From a virus (Duplodnaviria > Heunggongvirae > Uroviricota > Caudoviricetes), in the IMG/VR virus record IMGVR_UViG_2706794662_000017: DNA of 32,015 nucleotides; one strand, written 5' to 3'. The notes beneath the pieces are model-generated. The model was not told where the DNA came from, made no database searches, and worked only from the letters and a program-made list of their open reading frames with translations. A program made the translations under genes and the position numbers. Position 1 is the stretch's first letter, and every line of letters begins with the position of its first letter. Of the stretch, positions 1-8,793 are shown piece by piece.

Positions 1-981
1 TTATAACGTCACTCCGCCTTTTAGTGGATTCAGAGCGACGGCATTTTGCAGATAGTCAGGCGCAAGGTGCGCATAGGCCATCGTCTGCTGAATGCTCGCA
101 TGTCCCAGAATCTGTTGCAGTGCGATTATATTGCCCCCATTCATCATGAAATGGCTTGCGAATGTATGCCGCAGGATGTGGGTTGCCTGATTGGGTGGTA
201 TATCAGGTTTCACTCTGCGTAAAATCCCGCAAAATTTCTCATAATCAACTTTGAATAATTTGGCGCTGGCCTCCTCTTTAACTTTTTTCTCCAGTTCCTC
301 AGAAATCGGCACGGTTCGCTTTTTACCGTTTTTGGTTTTCAGGAAGGTAACCCTGCAATTTGTAATCTGTGCTGGTTTTAGCGTGGCAACTTCCGTCCAT
401 CTTCCTCCAGTGCTCAGACATAAAAGCGCGACAAGTAAGTCATCACCAGCCAAAACATTTAACAGTTTTTCGATTTCTGCTTTTTCCAGGAACGTCATTT
501 CAGGGTTGGCCTCCGCCAGTGGCGGCAGTCCGTGAATTGGGTGTTGCCCGGAAAATTCATCCAATTGAATTAATTTTGTGAACATGCCGGATAATCTGTA
601 CATGTCACGGTTTATCGTTGCGGCACTGATACCATCACGTAGTCGCATGGAACGATAATCCATCAAAGCCCTTTTGCTCATCCTGCTCACTGGTATATCA
701 CCTATGCCGCTGATGGTTTTGAGTAGATGATTAAACTCTTTTGTTCCATGCTCGTGGTTTTGCCCGTGATATTTCCACCAGATGTCCAGCAACTCACTCA
801 AAGTCCGGCGGTCTGCTCGCTGGCCTCCCCATTCTTTCTGACTGGCATTGGCGATTGTGTATCGCTCAAATGCTAGTGCTTCAGCTTTTCTTTCGAATTT
901 CCTGCGGATGCGTTTTCCGTCGCGACCGCGAGGTCTAATGTCCACTTCATAGCGACCATCATCGAGCTTCTTAATTGCCAT
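1..981 (-). CDS. int: Tyrosine site-specific integrase (P2 Int-like)
   Basis: ORF 1..1011 minus; the P2 Int-like sequence begins at MAIKKLDDGRYEVDIRP (ATG 979-981), with GGAGG 9 nt upstream on the coding strand; C-terminal HxxR...Y catalytic region (ATHILRHTFASH...MAYAHL). Stop codon is at window position 1-3. Confidence 0.9.
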   Translation of the reverse strand: MAIKKLDDGRYEVDIRPRGRDGKRIRRKFERKAEALAFERYTIANASQKEWGGQRADRRTLSELLDIWWKYHGQNHEHGTKEFNHLLKTISGIGDIPVSRMSKRALMDYRSMRLRDGISAATINRDMYRLSGMFTKLIQLDEFSGQHPIHGLPPLAEANPEMTFLEKAEIEKLLNVLAGDDLLVALLCLSTGGRWTEVATLKPAQITNCRVTFLKTKNGKKRTVPISEELEKKVKEEASAKLFKVDYEKFCGILRRVKPDIPPNQATHILRHTFASHFMMNGGNIIALQQILGHASIQQTMAYAHLAPDYLQNAVALNPLKGGVTL

Positions 982-1050
982 AAGAAAGCCCTCCGGCGCT
1001 GTATTCACCATCTTGGTAGCAAATGGTGAAAATGTAATCTTTATATAGAG

Positions 1051-1344
1051 TTAGCCAATCCTTTTCGCGGAGTGGTTGGACTCTGTTGACTCTGGCCCAA
1101 TGTGCGCGAGAGCCGGTGCGATTTGTCCTGCGTCCGGCGCGGTTTTATCTGTCATAAGCCATAGAGCATATTTTTGGAATGTGGGATGCATAGTGATTTT
1201 TAGCAAAGCTGTGCCACCGGGTTCAAAGTTTCCTCCTTCATATTTTTTAAGTGTGCTTAGCGGTAACTCTATGATTTCACAGAATTTTGATTGGCTTAGC
1301 CCTTCAGCCTCACGCAAGGCCTTAATCTTTTCGCTTAATTTCAT
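1051..1344 (-). CDS. C: Immunity repressor C (P2 C-like, HTH)
   Basis: 97 aa, divergent from cox, position and size as P2 C; recognisable C-terminal half (QIAPALAHIGPE); putative HTH near N-terminus. Confidence 0.8.
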   Translation of the reverse strand: MKLSEKIKALREAEGLSQSKFCEIIELPLSTLKKYEGGNFEPGGTALLKITMHPTFQKYALWLMTDKTAPDAGQIAPALAHIGPESTESNHSAKRIG

Positions 1345-1402
1345 TTGACATGGTGCCTATATAGGGACTAAATTCCCTCAAAACTGGAACCTATATAGGT
1401 TC
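1344..1402. promoter_or_regulatory. Putative early promoter/operator region of the C-cox switch: TTGACA (1344-1349), TAAATT (1368-1373), two copies of CCTATATAGG (1355-1364, 1389-1398), the second inside an 18-bp perfect palindrome GGAACCTATATAGGTTCC (1385-1402)
   Basis: Read directly from the sequence; a -35/-10 pair at 18-nt spacing oriented towards cox, with the repeated element flanking the -10 as described for P2 C operators. Confidence 0.35.
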
Positions 1403-1465
1403 CATTGATTTGAGAATAAACCAGCGTCTAAACGGTTTTGAGTGGTTTAGAAAGGGCTGGATCCT

Positions 1466-1753
1466 ATGAGGGTACCATATATGGACGCTGAAAATTATGT
1501 GATTCAGTATCCGCTTGATGCGGTTCATGTGGATAAATTTGCTGATTTATTAGGGAAGCCAAAGACAGCCGTCAGTGAAATGGTGAAGGCAAATAAATTA
1601 CCAATTATTGAATTGCGTGATCCTTGCAAACCGAAGGCTCGTGCCGGTGAAAAATGGGTTTTCATTCCTGAGTTTAATCGCGCTGTACGTGAGGCGTTTT
1701 ATAACCGACCGGTTGAACAGCGTGATGCATGGCTTTTGTGGATGGGGTTGTGA
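1466..1753 (+). CDS. cox: Cox-like excisionase/transcriptional regulator
   Basis: About 90-95 aa, first rightward gene opposite C; start ambiguous between ATG 1466 and ATG 1481; C-terminal WLLWMGL resembles the P2 Cox C-terminus. Confidence 0.75.
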   Translation: MRVPYMDAENYVIQYPLDAVHVDKFADLLGKPKTAVSEMVKANKLPIIELRDPCKPKARAGEKWVFIPEFNRAVREAFYNRPVEQRDAWLLWMGL

Positions 1754-1755
1754 TT

Positions 1756-1926
1756 ATGAATGAGCCGCGTTGTATTGCTCAGTTATTGCGTAACGAAAGC
1801 CCTAGGGCGATTGACTTCACCATCACCCACGGGAAGGGTCGCAAGGGAATCATTATCCGCACCAAAAAACAGAGTCCGTTAAAAAAGGCTCTGACCTTTC
1901 TGAAAAGCCGGAGGGTCTGGAAATGA
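1756..1926 (+). CDS. Small hypothetical protein (P2 orf78 position)
   Basis: 56-aa ORF from ATG 1756, directly after the cox stop, ending where B starts; position matches P2 orf78. Confidence 0.4.
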   Translation: MNEPRCIAQLLRNESPRAIDFTITHGKGRKGIIIRTKKQSPLKKALTFLKSRRVWK

Positions 1927-2423
1927 CAGTGATGACGCTCAATCTCGTCGAAAAACAGCCAGCAGCTATGCGCCGGATAATTGGTAAGCATCTTGCCGTC
2001 CCTCGTTGGCAGGATACATGTGATTATTATAATCAGATGATGGAGCGCGAACGGCTAACAGTTTGCTTTCATGCGCAGTTAAAACAACGTCACGCAACGA
2101 TGCGTTTTGAAGAAATGAACGACGTCGAACGTGAACGGCTGGTTTGTGCAATTGATGAATTGCGTGGGGCATTCTCAAAACGCCGTCAGGTTGGCGCAAG
2201 TGAGTATGCATATATTAGTTTTTTAACAGTCAGTCAGCGTCGTACTTTATTTATGCATGCCGGATTGACTGAAAAAGAATTCAATCAGCCATACTGGCGA
2301 ATTAATGAAGAGTCATGTTACTGGCGTGATGCTTTATTCCGTGCATTACGTGAACTATTCAGTCTGTTTGAGTATGCACCGACAATTCTGACGTCGGTAA
2401 AACCAGAGCAATATTTGCATTAA
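1923..2423 (+). CDS. B: Replication protein B (P2 gpB-like)
   Basis: 166 aa, same size and position as P2 B; start overlaps the upstream stop. Confidence 0.8.
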   Translation: MTVMTLNLVEKQPAAMRRIIGKHLAVPRWQDTCDYYNQMMERERLTVCFHAQLKQRHATMRFEEMNDVERERLVCAIDELRGAFSKRRQVGASEYAYISFLTVSQRRTLFMHAGLTEKEFNQPYWRINEESCYWRDALFRALRELFSLFEYAPTILTSVKPEQYLH

Positions 2424-2486
2424 ATAATTAACCAGAGTTTTTAACGCACTTAATTGTGCGGGGCTTCTTTTTGCCTGGAGAAAGTC

Positions 2487-2711
2487 ATGCATACAGTTTC
2501 TGAAAATCAGTGCGGTAAATACGCATTACTGCTGCAACAGGCCAGAACCGAAGCACAGGCCGACGCTGCGACGCGCTTTTCTTCTCATCTTGACGCCATG
2601 ATTCGCCATATCACAAAGGCGGAGTTATCCCGCGTGGAGATAGTCGAGCTGCTCAGTCAGGAGTCGGAAAAATTTCACAATATCGGATTGTCTCGCGGGG
2701 AGGTGCTTTGA
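2487..2711 (+). CDS. Small hypothetical early protein (P2 orf80 position)
   Basis: ORF 2454..2711; the preferred start ATG 2487 has GGAG 7 nt upstream. Confidence 0.45.
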   Translation: MHTVSENQCGKYALLLQQARTEAQADAATRFSSHLDAMIRHITKAELSRVEIVELLSQESEKFHNIGLSRGEVL

Positions 2712-3010
2712 TGTCCTGTTCTCATTCAGTTGTATTACTGAATAACGCCTTAAAAATCGCCGTTATGAAAAATGGCGACTTGTCTCTTATTCAACTTTGT
2801 CTTGATAAAGAAAAACGCGACATCACTGAATCTGTTATCGCGATTTATCAGAATGAATTAAACCTCCTGTCTGATGTGGTCAATTTACTTGTTAAACGCG
2901 CTGTATTCCACAAGCAAATTTCCTCAGTGGATGAACTGACAAAATTAACGACAGAACTTGCCAGTTATTGCGCTGATGTATCCAGGAAACTTAACGATAA
3001 AAGGAGCTGA
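2708..3010 (+). CDS. Small hypothetical early protein (P2 orf81 position)
   Basis: 100-aa ORF, start overlapping the upstream stop (ATGA-type coupling). Confidence 0.45.
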   Translation: MMSCSHSVVLLNNALKIAVMKNGDLSLIQLCLDKEKRDITESVIAIYQNELNLLSDVVNLLVKRAVFHKQISSVDELTKLTTELASYCADVSRKLNDKRS

Positions 3011-3012
3011 TA

Positions 3013-3237
3013 ATGCCGGACAACATAGATTTTATTCAGGAACAACAGGCTGAATTACTGGAGCGCCAGATTAACGCGGCAAGGGTAAAACATTGCGGTG
3101 CTTCTGCGCTGGTTTGCGAAGAGTGTGACGCGCCAATTCCTGCTGCCCGTCGTGCGGCTTATCCGTCAGCCACGCGTTGTGTTTCCTGTCAGTCAGTCTT
3201 TGAAGCAAAAAACAAACATTACCGGAGAACGGCATGA
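3013..3237 (+). CDS. TraR/DksA-family C4 zinc-finger protein (P2 orf82 position)
   Basis: 74 aa containing CxxC...(17 aa)...CxxC (CEECDAPIPAARRAAYPSATRCVSCQ); AAAAGGAG RBS upstream. Confidence 0.6.
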   Translation: MPDNIDFIQEQQAELLERQINAARVKHCGASALVCEECDAPIPAARRAAYPSATRCVSCQSVFEAKNKHYRRTA

Positions 3238-3478
3238 GTATTCGTATTGAAATTGGCGAACGTTATGTCGTTACCAGTGACAGCTTCCAGTTTATTCTCC
3301 ACGAGAAAAAGAGAGCGGAAAGCGGTAAAAACGCCGGTCAGGAATGGCTAGCGGTGGTTGGTTATTACCCGAAATTAAGCCAGCTCGTTTCCGGCCTGAT
3401 GCATCACGATATTCTGACCGGAAGCGCAAAGTCTTTTGCTGATTTAAACGCGCAGGTTGAGCAACTCAGCAAGCGTTG
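3234..3478 (+). CDS. Hypothetical early protein (P2 orf83 position), 3' end lost in masked region
   Basis: ORF starts ATG 3234 and runs into the N-run at 3479; the true end is unknown. Confidence 0.4.
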
Positions 3479-3755
3479 NNNNNNNNNNNNNNNNNNNNNN
3501 NNNNNNNNNNNNNNNNNNNNNNNNNNNNNNNNNNNNNNNNNNNNNNNNNNNNNNNNNNNNNNNNNNNNNNNNNNNNNNNNNNNNNNNNNNNNNNNNNNNN
3601 NNNNNNNNNNNNNNNNNNNNNNNNNNNNNNNNNNNNNNNNNNNNNNNNNNNNNNNNNNNNNNNNNNNNNNNNNNNNNNNNNNNNNNNNNNNNNNNNNNNN
3701 NNNNNNNNNNNNNNNNNNNNNNNNNNNNNNNNNNNNNNNNNNNNNNNNNNNNNNN
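3479..3755. other. Run of N (277 nt, masked or unsequenced)
   Basis: Literal N characters; hides the orf83 end and the start of A. Confidence 1.
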
Positions 3756-5830
3756 TCCGGCGCAATAAAAGCCCGGTGCACGGGTTTTATTTCCTCACAT
3801 CCACTTTTCAGCGTCGTTTATGGCCGCGCATTGAGCGTGTGAATCAGCGCCATGAAATGAACACCGACGCGTCGATGCTGTTTCTGGCTGAGCGTGACCA
3901 CTATGCGCGCCTGCCGGGAATGAATGACAAGGAGCTGAAAAAGTTTGCCGCCCGTATCTCATCGCAGCTTTTCATGATGTATGAGGAACTCAGCGATGCC
4001 TGGGTGGATGCGCATGGCGAAAAAGAATCGCTGTTTACGGATGAGGCGCAGGCTCACCTCTATGGTCATGTTGCTGGCGCTGCACGTGCTTTCAATATTT
4101 CCCCTCTCTACTGGAAAAAATACCGTAAAGGACAGATGACCACGAGGCAGGCATATTCTGCCATTGCCCGTCTGTTTAACGATGAGTGGTGGATTAGTCA
4201 GCTTAAAGGCCAGCGTATGCGCTGGCATGAGGCGTTACTGATTGCTGTCGGGGAGGTCAATAAAGACCGTTCTCCTTATGCCAGTAAACATGCCATTCGT
4301 GATGTGCGTGCACGCCGCCAGGCAAATCTGGAATTTCTTAAATCGTGTGATCTCGAAAACAGGGAAACAGGCGAGCGCATCGACCTTATCAGTAAGGTGA
4401 TGGGCAGTATTTCTAATCCTGAAATTCGCCGGATGGAGCTGATGAACACCATTGCCGGTATTGAGCGTTACGCCGCCGCAGAAGGTGATGTGGGGATGTT
4501 TATCACGCTGACCGCGCCGTCAAAGTATCACCCGACACGTCAGGTTGGAAAAGGCGAAAGTAAAACCGTCCAGCTAAATCACGGCTGGAACGATGAGGCA
4601 TTTAATCCAAAGGATGCGCAGCGTTATCTCTGCCGTATCTGGAGCCTGATGCGCACGGCATTCAAGGATAATGATTTACAGGTCTACGGTTTGCGAGTCG
4701 TCGAGCCACACCACGACGGAACGCCGCACTGGCATATGATGCTTTTTTGTAATCCACGCCAGCGTAACCAGATTATCGAAATCATGCGTCGCTACGCGCT
4801 CAAAGAGGATGGCGACGAAAGAGGAGCTGCGCGAAACCGTTTTCAGGCAAAACATCTTAATCGGGGCGGTGCTGCGGGGTATATCGCGAAATACATCTCA
4901 AAAAATATCGACGGCTATGCACTGGATGGGCAGCTCGATAACGATAGCGGCAGACCGCTGAAAGATACTGCCGCGGCTGTTACCGCATGGGCGTCAACGT
5001 GGCGCATTCCGCAATTTAAAACGGTTGGCCTGCCGACAATGGGGGCTTACCGTGAACTACGCAAATTGCCTCGCGGCGTCAGCATTGCTGATGAGTTTGA
5101 CGAGCGCGTCGAGGCTGCACGCGCCGCCGCAGACAGTGGTGATTTTGCGCTGTATATCAGCGCGCAGGGTGGGGCAAATGTCCCGCGCGATTGTCAGACT
5201 GTCAGGGTCGCCCGTAGTCCGTCGGATGAAGTTAACGAGTACGAGGAAGAAGTCGAGAGAGTGGTCGGCATTTACGCGCCGCATCTCGGCGCGCGTCATA
5301 TTCATATCACCAGAACGACGGACTGGCGCATTGTTCCGAAAGTGCCGGTCGTTGAGCCTTTGACTTTAAAAAGCGGCATCGCCGCGCCTCGGAGTCCTGT
5401 CAATAACTGTGGAAAGCTCACTGGTGGTGATACTTCGTTACCGGCTCCCACACCTTCTGAGCACGCCGCAGCAGTGCTTAATCTGGTAGATGACGGTGTT
5501 ATCGAATGGAATGACCCGGAGGTTGTGAGGGCGCTCAGAGGTGCATTAAAACACGGACTGAGAAGACCAAACCGTCAGCAAAGAAACGGAAGCCCGTTAA
5601 AACCGCATGAAATAGCGCCATCGGCCAGACTGACCCGGTCGGAACGAATGCAAATTACCCGTATCCGCGTTGACCTTGCTCAGAACGGTATCAGGCCGCA
5701 GCGATGGGAGCTTGAGGTGCTGGCGCGTGGGGCAACCGTAAATTATGACGGGAAAAAATTCACTTACCCGCTCGCTGATGAGTGGTCGGGATTCTCAACA
5801 GTATTAGAGTCAAACTCAGTGAAGCGTTAA
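3545..5830 (+). CDS. A: Replication initiation protein A (P2 gpA-like rolling-circle nickase); start lies inside the masked region
   Basis: Readable portion 3756..5830 resembles P2 gpA as I recall it; HUH-type motif (TPHWHMM) and downstream tyrosine motif (YIAKYISK); start estimated assuming a P2-length protein and an exact-length N-run. Confidence 0.85.
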   Translation, partial: XXXXXXXXXXXXXXXXXXXXXXXXXXXXXXXXXXXXXXXXXXXXXXXXXXXXXXXXXXXXXXXXXXXXXXXRRNKSPVHGFYFLTSTFQRRLWPRIERVNQRHEMNTDASMLFLAERDHYARLPGMNDKELKKFAARISSQLFMMYEELSDAWVDAHGEKESLFTDEAQAHLYGHVAGAARAFNISPLYWKKYRKGQMTTRQAYSAIARLFNDEWWISQLKGQRMRWHEALLIAVGEVNKDRSPYASKHAIRDVRARRQANLEFLKSCDLENRETGERIDLISKVMGSISNPEIRRMELMNTIAGIERYAAAEGDVGMFITLTAPSKYHPTRQVGKGESKTVQLNHGWNDEAFNPKDAQRYLCRIWSLMRTAFKDNDLQVYGLRVVEPHHDGTPHWHMMLFCNPRQRNQIIEIMRRYALKEDGDERGAARNRFQAKHLNRGGAAGYIAKYISKNIDGYALDGQLDNDSGRPLKDTAAAVTAWASTWRIPQFKTVGLPTMGAYRELRKLPRGVSIADEFDERVEAARAAADSGDFALYISAQGGANVPRDCQTVRVARSPSDEVNEYEEEVERVVGIYAPHLGARHIHITRTTDWRIVPKVPVVEPLTLKSGIAAPRSPVNNCGKLTGGDTSLPAPTPSEHAAAVLNLVDDGVIEWNDPEVVRALRGALKHGLRRPNRQQRNGSPLKPHEIAPSARLTRSERMQITRIRVDLAQNGIRPQRWELEVLARGATVNYDGKKFTYPLADEWSGFSTVLESNSVKR

Positions 5831-5916
5831 CTCAATAAATATGAGTTTATAAGTTAGGCCTCGAGATTTTGTAGAAAGGGATGTATACTGAGTATCGTAT
5901 AGATTTGGAGTGAGTG

Positions 5917-6939
5917 ATGACTGTAAAGGTGATAGACCTTTTTTGTGGTGCTGGCGGATTAACTCATGGTTTGCAGCTTGCGGGGCTTGATGTCGTTGCA
6001 GGCATTGACCTTGAGGGGGAATGTAGGTTTCCCTATGAAAGAAACAATAAATCTAAGTTTATTGAGCAAGATATCGCTAAAGTAACAAAAGAGGAACTGC
6101 TGAGGCTTTATGGTGATGCGTCTGTAAAAGTATTGGCAGGATGCGCACCTTGCCAACCTTTTTCAAAATATACTCAAGGAAAAGATAAGGCTGATGATAA
6201 AAAATGGCCTCTTCTTTATGAGTTCGAACGTTTAATTCGCGAAGTATCTCCAGAAATCGTAACAATGGAGAACGTTCCTGATGTAACTAAACATAAAGTT
6301 TATAATGATTTTTATAATTCATTGTTAAAGTTGGGCTATTATGTTTGGGCGTCTAAGATTGATTGTGTCGAATATGGAATCCCACAAAACCGTTCCCGTC
6401 ATGTATTGTTGGCCTCAAAATTGGGGGCGATTGAGTTAGTAAAACGTGACGATGTTATTTTGAAAACAGTTAGAGATGCAATAGGAAATCTTCCTCCATT
6501 AGAAGATGGCCAAACAGATCCAAATGATATATTACATAGAGCCAGTAAATTAAATCCGATTAATAAAAAAAGAATTATACACTCTGTTCCTGGTGGTACA
6601 TGGAAGGACTGGCCGAAAGAGTTGGTTGCCGCTTGTCATATGAAATCCAGCGGTAAAGGGTATGCTAGTGTATATGGGCGCATGTCTTGGGATAAGCCAA
6701 GTCCAACAATTACAACTCTTTGTTATGGTTTCGGGAATGGGCGTTTTGGACATCCAGAACAGCATAGAGCGATTTCTCTTAGAGAGGCTGCTTTATTGCA
6801 AACTTTCCCGATGGATTATATTTTTGTAGAAGACAAAAACAAGTTTGTTATAAGAAGTATTGGGAAAATGATAGGTAATGCTGTTCCTGTGGAACTAGGA
6901 AAAGCAATTGGGCAATCAATCAAGAACCATTTAGAATGA
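5917..6939 (+). CDS. DNA (cytosine-5)-methyltransferase, complete, no adjacent restriction endonuclease recognised
   Basis: Motif I DLFCGAGG, motif IV PCQPFS (catalytic Cys), motif VI ENV, motif VIII QNRSR, motif X GNAVPV; ATG 5917 with GGAG 6 nt upstream; AT-rich relative to the phage backbone. Confidence 0.85.
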   Translation: MTVKVIDLFCGAGGLTHGLQLAGLDVVAGIDLEGECRFPYERNNKSKFIEQDIAKVTKEELLRLYGDASVKVLAGCAPCQPFSKYTQGKDKADDKKWPLLYEFERLIREVSPEIVTMENVPDVTKHKVYNDFYNSLLKLGYYVWASKIDCVEYGIPQNRSRHVLLASKLGAIELVKRDDVILKTVRDAIGNLPPLEDGQTDPNDILHRASKLNPINKKRIIHSVPGGTWKDWPKELVAACHMKSSGKGYASVYGRMSWDKPSPTITTLCYGFGNGRFGHPEQHRAISLREAALLQTFPMDYIFVEDKNKFVIRSIGKMIGNAVPVELGKAIGQSIKNHLE

Positions 6940-6945
6940 TAAAAT

Positions 6946-6962
6946 GGCCTGCTTTACAGGCC
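6946..6962. terminator. Hairpin GGCCTG-CTTTA-CAGGCC between convergent genes (possible bidirectional terminator)
   Basis: Perfect 6-bp stem with 5-nt loop, flanked by A/T-rich sequence, lying between the methyltransferase stop (6939) and the minus-strand gene stop (6969). Confidence 0.35.
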
Positions 6963-6968
6963 TTATAA

Positions 6969-7649
6969 CTATTGTTCTAAATATTCATTATTATTTATAT
7001 AGTGCTCTATATTATTCACGATAGCATCAAGATAGGCGATTACTTCTAATGAAATATTCTCTAAGTCCTGATATGAAACATTTTTTCCAATCTCAGCAAA
7101 TGATACATTGCCATGAGATAAATCATTACGATGTTGTTTAACAGTGGCTAATTTTTCACCATGTTTAGTGTGAGTGTAATCGGAATGTGTAGAAAAACCA
7201 TATATTTTCGATTTTTCTTTGATTTCCTCTCTATCAATATTTCCTGAGAATATTTTCTTTTTGTTGAACGTGCCATAAGATATACCGCAAGATATACCTT
7301 TGGTAAGGTGATTAACTAAACTTTCAACATTTACAGATTCATTTTTTAATCTTTTTAATATTTCTGACCTGAGATTTTTCCTGAGTTTGTCAAATTCTAC
7401 GTTTCTATCATAAATAGTCTCATGAATAAGGCAGATAGCTTCTCTCATTGTTGATTCAATGAGGTTATATAACAGTATATATACTGCTCCCTTTAGAGTT
7501 TTTCGTGATTGAGCAGTAATGGAGAACTTATGTTCTTTATCATCAGCTGATATCAGTTCTGCACCGGCATACTCAATAAATTTCAAAAGATCCAAATAGG
7601 CCAAGATCTCTCCTGACCTTTCGTCAAAATCCTCACGAAAACGATCCAT
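6969..7649 (-). CDS. Hypothetical 226-aa protein with C-terminal Rx4H motif (putative HEPN-like nuclease); second gene of a two-gene operon
   Basis: ATG 7647-7649 with AGAGGA RBS 5 nt upstream, located inside the 3' end of the upstream gene; R-N-D-L-S-H at residues 174-179 (nt 7113-7130); function is inferred from the motif only. Confidence 0.55.
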   Translation of the reverse strand: MDRFREDFDERSGEILAYLDLLKFIEYAGAELISADDKEHKFSITAQSRKTLKGAVYILLYNLIESTMREAICLIHETIYDRNVEFDKLRKNLRSEILKRLKNESVNVESLVNHLTKGISCGISYGTFNKKKIFSGNIDREEIKEKSKIYGFSTHSDYTHTKHGEKLATVKQHRNDLSHGNVSFAEIGKNVSYQDLENISLEVIAYLDAIVNNIEHYINNNEYLEQ

Positions 7650-7650
7650 G

Positions 7651-8793
7651 TTAATCCTCTAATAATTTATCCCGAACATATTCAATTCGTTCAATTACCT
7701 TCACGCGACTATTAGCTCCGTCGGAAGTGGTCAATCGTTTGAATTCTTCTGAGCTTAGCCAATCTAAGTTCTTGGGAACAAGGTCAGGGACTTCACGTAA
7801 TGCAAGTGCTGCGCCAACAGCGAGAGATTCGAATCTAACTCGAGGTGTAGATTTTGCAGTAATAGTTTTCTTGAATCCTGCTGGGAAATAGTTTTCAACA
7901 AAAGATAGAACATTAGCAAACTCTTGTTTCATTGAGTTTTGTTTAGTTTCGTCTATATCTCGATTTTCTGACATATAGTCATTTAGAAAATCCCGTACGG
8001 AATGATCAAAGTTCTTGTACTTATCTACGTAGGCAAAGAATCTTAATGTAAATTCTAACCGTTCATCTCGTTTTTCTTTAGTCTGAGATAAAGGTGCTAA
8101 TTCTTTAAATTTAGGTATTGTTGAGCATGGCTTAATAACCTGTGTATATAAATTTGTTGAACCAAGTTCTGATCCTTTACGGACTTCCATATCTTTCAAT
8201 ATATCGCTGCCAGAGTTAATACGCTCAAAAAGATCTCTACGGGTTTCTTCATTGCATTTAGAACTCAATTCTATAACGCGGACAGGAATTCTCATGAAAC
8301 GACGTTGACGTGATAATGGTAAATCTTGGAATTTGAAACCATTAAGGACGTCTAAAGATTTCAGGTCTTGTAAAACTAATTCATTTTGGATAAAAGCGTG
8401 TATAGTCCTAACTCGTTGTGAGCCATCAACAATCTCAATTCGCCCATCTAAATCGGGATCTTCGGAGAGAACATCTGCTATAAATATATATGGTATAGGA
8501 AAACCCAAAATCAAAGACTCTATCAATTTTGATTGTCTTTTTTCACTCCAAACAAAATCCCTTTGATAATCAGGAACAAAGAGTTCGTTAGTATCATCCT
8601 CTAATCCGTTATGATACTTATTAACTAATAACTCAACGGTAAATTCTTTGGTCTCAAAATCCACATCCTTTTGCTCAGCACGAATTTGCTCTTCAGCGTT
8701 TTGCTTTATCACCTCTAGCTGAGCAAGCAACTCTGCTCTTTTCTTGGCATTATCTTCATTTTCTAGTTGAGATTTTAAATCAATAATGTCCAT
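7651..8793 (-). CDS. DUF262 (ParB/Srx-like, GmrSD N-terminal-type) domain protein; first gene of a two-gene operon
   Basis: Signature motifs FVPDYQRDFVW, GFPIPYIF and IVDGSQRVRTI (DGQQR variant); preferred start ATG 8791-8793 with AGGGA RBS 7 nt upstream (the ORF track extends to a TTG at 8811); stop is 1 nt from the downstream gene start; no DUF1524/HNH-like C-terminal domain recognised. Confidence 0.75.
   Translation of the reverse strand: MDIIDLKSQLENEDNAKKRAELLAQLEVIKQNAEEQIRAEQKDVDFETKEFTVELLVNKYHNGLEDDTNELFVPDYQRDFVWSEKRQSKLIESLILGFPIPYIFIADVLSEDPDLDGRIEIVDGSQRVRTIHAFIQNELVLQDLKSLDVLNGFKFQDLPLSRQRRFMRIPVRVIELSSKCNEETRRDLFERINSGSDILKDMEVRKGSELGSTNLYTQVIKPCSTIPKFKELAPLSQTKEKRDERLEFTLRFFAYVDKYKNFDHSVRDFLNDYMSENRDIDETKQNSMKQEFANVLSFVENYFPAGFKKTITAKSTPRVRFESLAVGAALALREVPDLVPKNLDWLSSEEFKRLTTSDGANSRVKVIERIEYVRDKLLED

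Noticed and set aside
982-1011. N-terminal extension of integrase (MVNTAPEGFL...) from the ORF track
   Set aside because: The conserved P2-Int-like N-terminus begins at MAIKKL (ATG 979-981), which has a GGAGG RBS; the upstream extension is probably not translated.
2424-2486. Short hairpin CGCAC-TTAATT-GTGCG followed by a T-rich tract after B, as a possible terminator
   Set aside because: Stem of only 5 bp and the early operon must continue into the downstream ORFs; at most an attenuator.
3404-3781. ORFs composed mostly of X across N-runs (3404..3781, 3457..3768, 3466..3765, 18109..18504, 18121..18426, 28452..28976, 28471..29058, 28473..28916)
   Set aside because: Open only because N codons cannot encode stops; no sequence information.
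5855-5890. Possible sigma70 promoter for the methyltransferase (TATACT at 5883-5888)
   Set aside because: No acceptable -35 hexamer at 16-18 bp spacing; too weak to call from sequence alone.
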